DNA of 59,548 bases from Paraphysomonas bandaiensis (lineage: Eukaryota > Protista > Chrysophyceae), in the NCBI GenBank assembly GCA_965644295.1, contig CBFFRP010000174.1, forward strand, positions 1 to 59,548, in the 5' to 3' direction. Positions within the stretch are counted from its first letter, which is position 1; each line of letters opens with the position of its first letter. The notes beneath the pieces were generated by a model. It ran no database searches. It was given only the letters and a program-made list of their open reading frames with translations, and was not told the DNA's origin. Shown piece by piece: positions 13,308-26,589 of the stretch. Made by a program: the position numbers and the translations under genes.

Positions 13308-14201
13308 CCGGGAAATCGCATTGTGTTAGCTACCTGTCTATTCGTGGCTGAGGATGGTCTGTATATGAACTCCCCCACGCACTCCATACTGTTGAATTGG
13401 TCGATTATTTGTAATATACTTTACCGTCATTGTAACGTGGATGGTCTCATTCTGTACTGTGCATTATACATTTATACATTCCTCTAGTCGAATATTTATG
13501 AATTAACATTCGTGTAGATTGACGTATGGTGTGTAAATATATGGTATTACCACAGTATGATATGCTTAATTTTATGTTTTTCTCCTGCAAAGAATTAAAA
13601 GCAATGATATTTTATGGTTTATGGTGTATTGAAATGTGTTTTTTCTCTAATGGAGATGTATTTCACACTACATACGTTTCTGGTGCATCATAGTTTCTCT
13701 ACAGTGACAAGCTATAGCCTATAGACCACGTCTAGAAATATGAACTACGAATGTCTTGTCCGAACACTTCGAGCCTATTGACTAATTATGATTTTAACTT
13801 GGTCTTAGTGGGTAGCGTAATATCTCTTGTTTGGGTATGACTGATAATTGCAATGAAAATATTACAATAATTGACTACACCCTACGTCAATTGATGCGCC
13901 GTCCTGTTACCAATACCTTTATACGCTTTCTTCGTATTTATGCTGGTCCGACTTCAACGTCAGAGATGCGACATACTGTACACGCTCCACCTAAAAAGGG
14001 AGTAGCAGTTGCTGTGCAGCACCCAGAAAATAAAATTACTTCTTAATTTCTTGCATTTTAGTACGTTATGAACAAATAGCGGTAACAAGTAGTACTTATA
14101 AATGTGCGATCGACTTCGGCAGAATGACTAACACATACGTTCACACGACAAAGTAGCAAGTCGACGCGAACTCCTACAAATTTTGAGATATATGAGAGTG
14201 A

Positions 14202-15300
14202 CTAACGTCTAGTTCTCTTTCCGCCTCTTCCTCTGCCTCTGCCGCCACGACCCCTTCCACGTCCACCACTAGAAGACCTCCCTGAATTTTGCCCTATTTT
14301 CTCCCAGTACGATGTTTCCTCCTCACCCTCCATCAACGACCCGGACAACACCACACTCTCATCTCCAACTTTTACTTCACCAGCAGCCAGTGCCTTCAGC
14401 ACAGTCTCTGCTGCCTCGGCACTTCCCATTCGCACAAAAGCGTCCTCGGCCCCAGATGTGTAGTCAACATATTTGACATCGCCAAGTACCTTGAATACAT
14501 CCTTCAAGTCGTACAGAGAGGAAGTGGATGGAACGCCAGTCACTTTGATAATCTGGCCAGGAGTGAACTCAACGCCCTTCGATTCATTTTTAGACTCATC
14601 GCCATCGTCGTTATCTTCTCTTTTGCGCTTTCCAGCTGCGTTATCTTCATTATCAGTCGCTGATGTATCCGCTTTCTTTCCCTTACTCTTGTTGGACTTG
14701 CGCTCAAGCCATTCCCCCAGCTTCATTACACATAGGAAGGGGGTATCTTTGTAAGAGAGAGTCACGACACCGTCCTTGTGTGCGGCCTCAATAGCAGCAT
14801 CCACAGATTCACTCTTTTCAAACTCTATAAAGCAGCTGCCCTTGAAAGCCTTACTATTATCCTTACGCAACCGAACCATGCAAACCTTCCCATAAGGGGA
14901 AAATTGCTCCGTGATGGATTCAATTGTAACATCTGGGTCGCTCGTAGGGTACCCTTTCACGTAGAGAGTGCACTCCTTGCTGTTATCAACTTCTGGAAGA
15001 GGGGCGGCCCTAATTTAAGTGAGTTGAGCGTATAAATGAGGGGACAACATTGACTCACCTTCTGATCTTGAGCTTATCGTCACTGACGACAACACTCTCT
15101 GAATCAGCCACAGCCTTCACAATCTCATCCGCATCAGTCGTTAGAGACTTCAGTTTGTTGAAGGTAAGAAGAGTCGATATGGGAACGAAGCCCTCAGCAT
15201 CAGACGCAGCGGCCTCTCGCAGGAAAGTGTCTTTACGAAAATTACTGTTTGAAAAGTAAAACTCTATCTGTTTCTTAACGGCGGGGTAATCAACTGACAT
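14202..15300 (-). CDS. SSB: La protein homologue (La motif + two RRMs + RGG tail)
   Basis: KKQIEFYFSNSNFRKDTFL and GFVPISTLLTFNKLK; RNP1 FKGSCFIEF; one intron at ~15010-15058. Confidence 0.93.
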
Positions 15301-15960
15301 GATGAGATAACAAACTATTTAACTAAGTCTGATTAAATGAGTGGGTGTATATATATGATGGGGCGATGCCGGTGGACAGTGTGGGAGTGTGATGTGCTGC
15401 AGTCCAGTATATATATATGTGTACATCGTATACAGTCATGACCACATGCGGCCCACACACGAGCACGTCCAATCCTTTTCTTCATCTTTATATGTGGTGG
15501 AGGCGAGAGATATACGGTATACCATCGTATACCACTGTTATACAGTATCTTCTTTTTGGAAGGAATTTCACTTTTTTTTGAATTGTATTGAGTGCTGTAT
15601 GCCTGTTAGAATACAGTAATAATACAGTCCATACGTGTAGAATTCATATTTCATAAAATAGAAGGTTGTTTGTTCTATGAGATGTTCGATGAAGTGTTCC
15701 ATGATGTTCTATTTGTGTTCTGATATCTCATGACCTCCTGACACCATCTGTACAGCTGTATATATATATATATGTATGTATAGCCAGCAGGGTGTTGATC
15801 TCTTAGCATCTCGTTACAGACGACATTAACGGTTCAGCTGTTTCTGCATCTCACCACAGCTTGTTACTGGTTTTCATTGCCACTTCTGTGTCGCTATTAT
15901 CTTGAGTCTAATCTCTGCTGTGTATACCTACTCCAACACATACAGAGACAGATATATACG

Positions 15961-17644
15961 ATGAGCTCTGTGTCCGGGTTCCTCACCAAGACATACGGAA
16001 TATTCTCTGATAAGTAAGTGCTGATATGCATGTATATGGCAGGACGTAACTATGTGTGTATGCGCACAGGGCCCATCAAGATATCTGCGGATGGGGTCCC
16101 AACGGAGACACCATTCAAGTCAGGAAGGTGCGACTGTCTGTAACTGTAGTGGTAGATAGTGGTAACTTCTTCATTAGATTGATGAGTTCTCGAAGAAGAT
16201 ATTACCCAAATATTTCAAGCATTCGAACTTCCAGTCGTTTGTCCGTCAACTCAACATGGTATTGTTTAAAACTGTAATGACGATGGTTGCTAACGTGTTC
16301 GCCTCAGTATGACTTTCACAAAACTGTCCAAGATCCTGGAAACGGAGAATTTCAGCATGTATATTTTTTAAAGGACAGGCCAGACCTTCTGCATCTCATA
16401 AAACGAAAGGCAAATAGTCGTTCAGCAGAAGGCAAGCCCAAGTTGCCGGTACCCCAACCTGTTGTCGACGCAATACCGAAACCTCTGTCTGTACCAGGTC
16501 CCCCGGAAAGTGTGTTTCTATCTGAGCTTGGAAAGCAACAGGCACTTCGAGTGGATTTAGAGAAGTGGCTAGCTGATTTGGAGGCCCAAAAGAAGCGGAT
16601 GGCAGAGCTTGAGGCACAGCAGTCCCGGCTAACTGCCGAAAACGTGATGCTAAAGCGTATGCTGACAGATGCTCGCGATAAGCAGGCCGATCTGACTCAA
16701 AAAATGGAGGGCGTTTTGAAGTTTCTCTATCATATATTTGTTAGTACGGTGTGTTTACAACATGTTGTAATGTGTTTTACAGTAACTTGGCTGTTCCAGG
16801 GTCGAACTATTGCGACAAAGGGGCCGTTAAATGGTATATCGGAGTCACACCTGGTCGAATTCTGGAAGTACCTTCAACTTGAAGGACAAGTGCGTCGAAA
16901 CTCATTAGAGGAAACAACTTCTAAACACCCAATCATTCAGATGAACTCTTCGAATAGCGGGCAACCTATCGAGAAGGTGATATACATTAGGAAGGTTGAT
17001 GTTTACTCTAATTGTTGCTTTAAGATATTTTCTTTCGACAGCTTTGCTAACGCGATCACATTTTCCCACGAAAAGTGCCCGGTTATGCGAAAGGAAAGTT
17101 TGGAACGGCCGGGTGAGACGGAAGCTGATATAGTGGTTGCGAAAGAAAATGGTCTGGCATTGTGTCCGAGCAAGCCTTACGAGAGTGCCTCTTGTGCAGG
17201 GACAATAGTGTCCCGAGGTGACATCTTCACCGCAAGTCGCAAGAGATCGGGTTCACCAGATGTGGAAGAGCAGAACAAACGCAGAAACTGCGCTAGCAAC
17301 GGCTGTCTACATCCTCAGCAGCAGGGTATTTCATTTTCTTGTTTCATCTTTAAATATCACGCCATTTCTCACAGATGTCGGGACAGTTAAAGAAGCTGCA
17401 CCAGAAGAATTTGTGAAGCAAGACAGTATCGAGGTATTTGATCACACTCTATTGCCTTCCTTTATTGCTGTTGATGGCTGTTATTCAGACTTCATTATCA
17501 CGATTTTGCTCTATGGACTCGACTTTGGCAAGTCTGTTGTCTTTCGATGAGGATGGATTACTTGTCGATGATATTAACCTTTCCAAAGGCGATGATGAAA
17601 AATTAACTGCATCGAATAACCCTATACTATGTCCAAGTCAATAA
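15961..17644 (+). CDS. HSF: Heat shock transcription factor (HSF DNA-binding domain + coiled coil), multi-exon
   Basis: [12 protein letters not shown].., [19 protein letters not shown]|[26 protein letters not shown], then a heptad region. Confidence 0.92.
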
Positions 17645-18460
17645 TTTATTGTCAGAAGTTTCAGTGAATGCTGTGTGCATTTAAAATACGACGTATAAGT
17701 TACGTTTTCTTCGGCCACAATGGACACATAACCGTTACGATGAGATAATCTTAATGCCCGGGAGGTACCCAATAAATATATCAGTAAATTCGAGTACATG
17801 TTTGCGTAAAATATATTGCGTTCATTGCATTTAAGTCCTGTTGTTGATTGAGTGGAATGTATTAACCAGTTAACTGGTGTTTGTAATATATAATATTCTT
17901 TGTGCACGCTTGATTATTTACTGTATCAATGATGCAGTCTAAATACACCTAATACGTATGTTTCTCTAAGATGATAGAACTGTTGTATAAATTGTGAAAA
18001 ACGGCAATACGTAGTCAAAATACAACTATAAAACTGAAGTATCATGACGATGTTGGCATACGTATGTATCTAGTCTAACGACTTAACTTTCCTTTCGCGA
18101 TCTAAACAATTTTCAAAAGTCAATAGACGATTCAAGACACGGAAGTGCATCAATGGTTGCTGCTTAGAATTATTACATTATGTTGGTGATGAGTTTTATG
18201 TGCAATGACGCAATTGTGTATGCGATAGTTATAATCTATCGATTTTGATGACTTAACTTTTAACAATATAAAATGACCAAAGTCAATAAACTTAACTAAA
18301 GTTGTAATGAGAGTTTCTCACCATGCATTGTCATTAATTTCACTAAATTGACGTGGATATGTATTATTAGGCTCTACGAGTAGAGATCTTTATTTACTCA
18401 ACTTAAAAGACAGGAAGTATCTATTAACTACATATTCGCAGCACTATAGATATAGTTATA

Positions 18461-18577
18461 TTTAACCACGGGCAATAAGGAGGCTATATCGTCCCGCGCT
18501 CAAAATTTTGAAACGAGGGTGAAAAGCCCGAATTTTAAAATTTAGACAAGGGACGATACTCCTTATCCCTAGGTTAA
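18461..18577. repeat. ~117-nt imperfect hairpin
   Basis: Nested arm pairs TTTAACC/GGTTAAA, ATAAGGAG/CTCCTTAT, TATCGTCCC/GGGACGATA, AAATTTTGAAA/TTTTAAAATTT. Confidence 0.8.
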
Positions 18578-19900
18578 ATTGTAGCTTATCCTCATGACGT
18601 TGAAAAGTTACTATTAGATTGTATAGCTATTTGTAGCATGCTTGCTGTATTAAGAAATAGATGTTCCTTGATGAACATTAATAACACAAATGAGAACTCA
18701 TATAGTTTCAAATGAATGATATGTATACTGTAAGTGTGATGATAAATGTAAACAGTTGAAGATGAAAGAGAGGCTTCTTATTGTCTTAATTAGCATCATC
18801 ATCACATTTATATACAGCAGGCTTTACCTCTGCAAGTGCACCTGATCGAAGGATGTGTGTATGATATGAGACACACAATATCCTGAGAAGCATGATATGG
18901 CTCCAACCCTGAAAGAACTGGGTGCCACTGCTCCTAACCACCTATATAGCATCAGATATGGTACTTAAACTCTCCTGTAATATTTTTGAAGTTGTTTCGA
19001 AGTCCTGTGGATATGAAGACAGATCACTTGCACTGACATTGTTGTGATCCTATACAGCAGTCGAAAGATGGAATATAACCTGAAGTGTTAGATGATCTGC
19101 TCTTGATATTTGGCTCATGATTGTGGTTTCTCTATAATTGTGTACTATAATGAAATCATGTACATTCGACTGTCATTATCATAATGAAGATAGAAGTGAG
19201 CTTCTGTTCAACCGAATATTAAAGTTGAATGTCTATATTTGCCTGGTGCTGATATGAGCGCCCTGTGAGCCCAAATCAGGTCAAAAAAAACATTTTTGAG
19301 ACAAAATGGGGATAATGTTATATGTGTATAAGTCACTCGAGGATATGATGGATTGAATTCGTGATGCTGGTTTATATTTTATATTACTCAGAATATATTT
19401 CTTTCGAATAATTTGTTTATTGCTACAGGCAACTATTTTGAAATGTTAAGTCCATATAGCCACAACTTAATTTGACTCGCTGTATCACTTGCCTACATCT
19501 ACTAATCCAAGGCAACTACAAGAAGTTATCTTTAATACATAAAAATCACAACGCAACTCCTGTAAAATAATTTATTAGAGTACATGGCTCATCCCGTCCT
19601 CACCCTAACCATGCTTTTAGTAGCCATGACATCTTCGTAAATTTGAAGACTGCACGATATATATACAATCTTACACCAGTTTATTGTAGTGATAGAGTAT
19701 CGACAATTTTGGGTTATGACAAGGCATCAAACAAACAAATGAGATGACTATGATATTAATATATATAACTTTCGCTTCACAAATTCTAGGTGAATTGTAG
19801 AGTTATGTGCAGTGCCGCGAGAATTGTTATGTATTTTCGTTGTAACAACGCACAAGCTTGAGTTTTCCATAAAACGACGATTCTGCAATATTGAGGACAG

Positions 19901-21103
19901 TCATAAGTGGTCACAAGTAGCAACATCGCAAGCGCATTCATCCTATGCACATAAAGAATCCTGTAAACGAAGCCACTGCAGAACATCCAAGTGGCCACCG
20001 CCAGCAGCAGCATCGCAAGTCCGTTCATACTATGGACACTGAGGGTCTTGTGAACGAAGCCACTGCAGGACATCCAAGTGACCACCGCCAGCAGCAGCAT
20101 CACAAGTCTGATCATCCCATGGACATGGGGGATTTTGTGAACGAAGCCACTGCAGGACATCCAAGTGGCCACCGCCAGCAGCAGCATCGCAAGTCCGTTC
20201 ATACTATGGACACTGAGGGTCTTGTGAACGAAGCCACTGCAGGACATCCAAGTGACCACCGCCAGCAGCAGCATCACAAGTCTGATCATCCCATGGACAT
20301 GGAGGATCCTGTGAACGAAGCCACTTCAGAACATCCAAATGACCACACCTAGCAGCAGCATCGCAAGTCCGTTTACCCCATGAACATGGGGGATTTTGTG
20401 AACGAAGCCACTGCAGGACATCCAAGTGGCCACCGCCAGCAGCAACATCACAAGGAAATATATCCCATGGACATGGAGGATCCTGTGAACGAAGCCACTT
20501 CAGAACATCCATATGGCCACCGCCAGCAGCAGCATTGCAAGTCCATGTACCCCATGAACATGGAGGGTCTTGTGAACGAAGCCACTGCAGGACATGTAAG
20601 TAGCCGCCGGTTGCAGCAGCATCACAAGCCCGTGTACCCCATGGACACGGAGGGTCCTGGGAACGAAGCCACTTCAGAACATCCAAATGACCGCCACCAG
20701 CAGCAGCACTGCAAGTCTGTTCATCCCATAGGTGTGGAGTGCCCAGTGAATGTGTATCAATATGCATGATGATGTGCTTGATATGTTTCATCTGCTCAAG
20801 TCTGCCGTATAGTGCACATGTATTCATTAGCAGTGTGTGTGAGCAGCCCATAGACAGAGCCCACGAGACCATTGAGTTCGTCATACAATAGTGAGATGTA
20901 TGTGACTCAAGCCTCTCTCTCCTTTCATCTCTCTCCTCCTCTCTCCTCTCATCTCTCTTCTCATCTCTGCTCTTATCTTTCATGTTTGCAGCGATATCGC
21001 GAAATCTCTTACAAGTCATGACCACAGGAAGGAGAGCTGTGTGGGGGATCATAGACATGATGAGACGAATCACATCATCATTAAGATCAGATATATTCGA
21101 CAT
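19901..21103 (-). CDS. F-box-like plus 29-aa ankyrin-type repeat protein; ORF stops at 20204 but repeats continue in frame past three TAG codons
   Basis: N-terminus ISDLNDDVIRLIMSMI..VVMTCKRFR; 87-bp repeats encoding GHLDVLKWLRSQDPPCPW..TCDAAAGG; no introns seen. Confidence 0.85.
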
Positions 21104-21849
21104 ATCTATATTGATTCACAGTTTATATGAGGCCACTAGAGTGAAGATACAAGAGAAGCAAGATATATGCTGCATATACACATACGGTATCCTCCTACTG
21201 CCAGCATGTGCGTACGAAGTCCTACGAGATAAATAAGCAAGTATTATGTGGTATGAAAACCCCTTTTCCAAGAAACCCTATATTTTTATTATACTGTAAG
21301 GGATTTTCTGTATAGAGAATTCGTTTTCCACTGATTTTCGTGCTGGAATATAAAACTACGTCGTACTTACCTACAGAGTAGAACAAGTCTTCTATCTATA
21401 CAGCAGTACACTGATATCGCCAGGGGTGGGTTGCAGTGAGCAGAGAAGAAAGAAGAGCATACCTTGTATATGGATAATACGGAGTGTACAATACGAATAC
21501 AGTAAAAATATTATAGTGCATAGAGCAGTACACCTACACATACAGCATCAGTACCCCGGTACAGCAGTATATGTGCTCTATATCGCTTCCTACTGTACTC
21601 GTACTCTCCACTGCTGTATGTATGTATGAGGGAGTGCCAATCATGATAGTCGACTCCCATCACTAACATAACTGTCTGTGCTTTACTAGTGATGATAGTG
21701 ATGGTAAATTAACAAGACCAGAATAAAGAACAGGCAGTTAAATAACTCTGCAGTCCTATAAGCCGTTAGCAAGATGTGTGTGTGGTAGCGTATATATACA
21801 TACACATCTGTCGAGTGGTTATCATCATCGCTATTAGTAGACGGAAGAT

Positions 21850-24800
21850 ATGACTGAGCCAATCACATCCCGCGATAACAGTACCGTGAACACACACTAT
21901 ATATCAGTATGCTGCACAGGGGTCGAGATATCTGCGTCATCTCCGCTTATGAGCGGCGGCTTCTTGTCTATGATGCGCGGGCCTCCAGTGGCCAGAAATG
22001 TCAGGAAAGTGGTACGTGTTCAAAAGAGTCGACCATTTCCTCCTGGTGGCCGTCCTCCAAGGTGTGTTGTTCATAGTTGCTTCTTTAATGGACTAACGAT
22101 TTCTTTGCTTCTAGTTTATTGTATGACATGATATATGAGAGTGAAGTGTTTGATGATGTTTCTGCCTTAGCTCCGGCTCTCATTGTTTCAGTGAATAATC
22201 CAGTGGAATGTGACTGCAAACTTCGAATAAACGTATATTACTCTTCGAGTTTAACGAATGCGAAGGATGTATTAATTGCAGCAACATCATTCGGTCTTCG
22301 CGATATGCTTCGTTGTCACAAGAATGTATTCAGCAGCTCGATGGTTTCGGAGCATTGTTCCCATGCAGTAGCTTTTATTCGGCAGATTCACCCTCTCATT
22401 TCTGTTCTAAAAACTGAGGGACTTTCATCTAACGCTCCTCGTCGAATACCGTGGAACCCTATGTTTCAGAGATATATCTTCCATCCGTTGGTTGACAACA
22501 GCGCCCCCGTGGTCTGCGAGGAGCACACATGGGAGCCACGTCTTGCTTTCAAAGTTCCTCTAGTTTTTCTTCAGAACCTTTCTGACGTTATGAGCGAGAC
22601 CATCAAAGTGTGGAAACTGCGAGCACAGCTGGAACGCGTAAGACGGGGTTGCTTCTCTTCTAGGGAAGAGGCTTTCCTGAACGGATGGTACGAGACAAGC
22701 ATATGCGTGTCGGCGTGTCGCATAGAAGCAGAAAGTACCATACCAGAAGAGTCGTGGATGGACGGAACGGGACAAGGCGGTAGACATGATTCAACGGATA
22801 AGTCGCGGGTTCGAGTGGACAGCGAGGGGTCCGTAGAGGCTACCGCTGTGCGACAGAGAAAGAGTAGCACCACTAGTTGTCGAATGCCAGCATCTTTCGT
22901 TGAGGCTATCCTGGAGCACAGGTAACGAGCTGTCTTACATCGCGAATGTTCTTCTTTAACTTTGTGATTTCAATAGAGACTTGCCTTTCTCTGCACATGT
23001 GGGCAAGACGAATACGGAGTACAACACCCTGCAGCCTATGTATGGCAGCAACTTGTACTCCGCTGGACAAGGGAGATCAAAGGTTGGTCCAACTGATCCA
23101 TTTCGAGTAGTGTAGTGATGAATGTATTCGACTGCTTTCGCAGGGTCCGCAGCAACAAGTGTGCTCTGAATATCAGATATCTCCTCTTGCGGATCCTGAT
23201 AATGTCCGTATTAGTCGAATTCCTCATAACTTTGAAATGCCCACGTTCGGGGACACCGGCACCCCGGCGACGCGCCATGGAGTCCGAAGTATATTCCATA
23301 TGTACACCCCATTTGCTGGCGGGGGAAGACTTAGACTAGAGCTTAAATTTGAGGACTACAACACCGGCAAGGAGTGAGTCATGATATTAAACCTGCAATG
23401 GGTTCCTGATAATATTGTTTGGTGTAGGTCGTTGGTTGGTGTATGCTACATACCCCTGCAAAACATCCCTGTTGTGAGTCGAGGGGAGCCGTCGTCAATA
23501 GAGCAGACTTGGGTACCAGTGCAACTTCTGAACCCTACCAGTGATCCCAAATGGAGTGTCATAAACGCTGGTAAGTGTTTTTGGGGATGTGTGAGAGAAT
23601 AACGTCGTATCCAGAGATTCTGGTGGGTGTGTCGGTGCAGCAAGAGGTTCAACAAAATGTTAATGGGCTGCCACCTGTGAGTCCACATTTACCACATGTT
23701 ATGGAAATTAATCCTGAAACGTCCTCTGTTGCTTTCAACCCTGTCACTTCACTACTATCTGAAGGTGAGCAGAGTTATCATGCGATTGTGATGTGTCCAA
23801 CATAACCCCAGATTCCGGCATACAAAAGATCACTTCCCCTTCTCGACGGCTGTCAGCATTGTTGTCGGTGAGCAGCAAGAGCACTGGCGAGAACGAGTCA
23901 CAAGACCAAACGATTCCCGCCGACATAAAGGATTCTGTTGTTGTTTTTGGCAGTGGTACAAGCGACATGAGTGCCGTCCATGAGCCCGATAGTGATGATG
24001 ACACAGACGATGAGGATGAAACACCGACCATATCAATACCCGCGACAGCGGCTGTGCCGGTTGTTGACTCTTCCTCTTCCCCTGTGGAGCATGGATTCTC
24101 TCCCTCAAATGGTCAGGCCCTATGGTCCACTGATGCTAATCCTGGACGGCCTGTAGATATGCGCCGTGCTGCACAACACAGTGCTAGAATTCTGGCTGAG
24201 TGCTATGAATGGATGTGGTGCGTAGCTAGTTGTACATATATATGTATATTGTTAAGCTTATTACAATCGGTTAGGCACATCGGGTTTAAGGGTGTGGATC
24301 CGTTAGGTATATACCCGGAGCACACAGATGGAATTGCTCTTGAAGATCGTCCCTTGGTTCCAAGAGCAGACGTGCGGTACTCATCTACCTGGCTCACTGA
24401 ACATATACGGACGTTCGAGGAGCTCCTGTGTCATATAAAATGTCTGACTGCCTATTACTCGGAGGAGGTGTCTGAGGATCGTACATTCAGAGCATCTAGA
24501 CTCAAAAAAGAAATTGAGTTCCAGGCTCTGCCTGTCAACCTGCATATGCAGATTATGACTATGCTAAAGTGCAATGGAACAGATAGTTGTCCGAATACAA
24601 GTTCAGACGATGGATTTGTAAGAGTTGCAGATTCAGTCACATGCGGGGCCACTGCTGCTCATGCTCTTGGGTACAAGAATGGTGGACTCAGTAACATTGA
24701 GATGGATCTGCAGCGCTCAAAAGCAACCATTGACAATATGAAACAACAGTTCGTAAGTGCTGATAGCATTCGGCTGGCAGCGAAATCCCATGACACCACG

Positions 24801-25982
24801 CCATGTTTTTCTTGTCACGGCAAGGAAGCGACTCTAATGGACTCTTTGACTAGCACAGTTGTCGCGTATGAGACCTCAATTGCTAATGTAACAGTACGAC
24901 GGATGTATTGTTTATCTCAGGTCCTGTCGATATGCGCGAATGCATTTCTTTATAAGGTAGAACTTGTGTTAGAAGGCCATATTCCCTCATTTTTCATTGA
25001 GAGATGGCTTACACATGGGTTTCTATTGTTGTTTGAGTGCTTGTTATCTGTGAATGGAAAAGAGCGCGGTATGATCGAAGACGCCCGCACTTCTGTGGAG
25101 ATGTTGAACCTCTATCGCATTAGGATACTTCCCCTTCCCAGTAGCGATGTTGGTGTGCTGGAGTCGAACTCATGGTTTGTGGAGCACTGTAAGGTTACGA
25201 AGCGACGCTGGTGGGAGGCTATGGAGCCGGACAAAACAGATGTTCACATTGTAGGCCGAGAAATACTCTTACTTGTACCGGTATGCACGGTTTTGTTATT
25301 TCCGGAGTCGGTTAGAGATCGAATTATGAGCGAGGGTGCTGTGTTTAAGCTCTGCTCCGTGCTCTTCTCACAGGGCATTGATATTATGCAGTCCATCACC
25401 AACACATGGGACTCCTATGAAGCAGGAATCAGCAGCAAGGACCTACAGCTTCAGATCAACATCAACGGGCTTCATAAGCTGAATGCGTATTGCGAGTCCG
25501 TTCAACCCATCCATGTCGATGGTGAAAGGACCCGTTCGAAGGAGAGTAGGGCTGTGCATGTGTATTCTGGTTTAACTTGCGATGCCCATCCACTGACTGG
25601 TGTACTCGAACAGCTTATACAGAACACTAATCCTAATTCCAAGAATGTGGAGATGTTGATTGAAGTGGAGCGCATTTGTCGCATGCTGGGAGGCTGCAGA
25701 ACCACATTCTGCAAGTCTGGTAAGGACCGAACTGGTATGGCTGTTACTCTGGAGCAATCGCGGTTATTGGGCGAAAACTTTGATTGTGGTCAGTCGGCAG
25801 AACGAATCATAAAGGATGCCAGTATAATGCGGCAGTATGGGACCCGCTTAATGGTTGCTGCTAAGAATATTGGTCGTCCAGTATATGCTATCAATAGATT
25901 GCAAATACAGTTCCTACCAGCATTTTATCGCCCTCCTTTGGAGGTTACGGAGGAATTGATTAAAAAAACAGATAATTCGTAG
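21850..25982 (+). CDS. INPP4: Inositol polyphosphate 4-phosphatase-like protein (multi-exon)
   Basis: CX5R motif CKSGKDRTGMAVTLEQ; FQALPVNLHMQ; TCGATAAHALGYKNGGL; GFLLLFECLLS. Confidence 0.9.
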
Positions 25983-26202
25983 TTAGATATATATAGGAGT
26001 GGCCATGTCAGATTATGAAATATATATACACTGCATGTACAGATAAACATTGGTAGTTGTGCGTGGTTTGTGACTAAGGACTAGATATATTACTTAGTTC
26101 TGTGGTAGCGTCGCGAATAACTAAAAGTATCACATGCACGGTGATGGCTTGCTTGAGTTTATTTAACACAGTTTGTTTAAATGAACTGGCAAATAGAAAC
26201 TC

Positions 26203-26290
26203 AATGTCATTTCTTATACATTGACCCTACCATATCTTATCTTAATGTCATTTTTTATACATTGATCCTACCGCATCTTATCTGAATGTC
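26203..26290. repeat. 41-bp tandem duplication
   Basis: AATGTCATTT.TTATACATTGA.CCTACC..ATCTTATCT twice, plus the start of a third unit. Confidence 0.85.
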
Positions 26291-26589
26291 GTACATACGT
26301 AAAACTTTAGCGAAAGATGAACAAGACTGAAGAATTATACTGATGATTTATGGTTTTATATCTATGTGTGTTGCCAAATTATTCAGTATTCAGTAGTACT
26401 GTTGTATGTTGTACATTCAACATACTGCATTATTTAGAGTATATTATGTCGAGGTCATCGTACTAGAGAAACAGCTCATGTGGATTGTGAGCGAGAAGGG
26501 AAAAATGTCCTGAGATCGCAGTTTATACTATAACCCTGTAAGTATGGAGAAACTTTACTGATTTCAGCATTACTGATATATTGTGCTGA

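Noticed and set aside
19943-20206. Genome-wide TAG reassignment
   Set aside because: TAG terminates La, INPP4, GT4, pol and PES1 at expected positions
19786-20769. Alternative-frame and antisense repeat ORFs
   Set aside because: Shadows of the 87-bp ankyrin-type repeats
24217-24273. Hydrophobic insert CVASCTYICILLSLLQSV in INPP4, and similar inserts in HSF
   Set aside because: AT-rich GT..AG segments, most simply stop-free in-frame introns read through by the ORF finder
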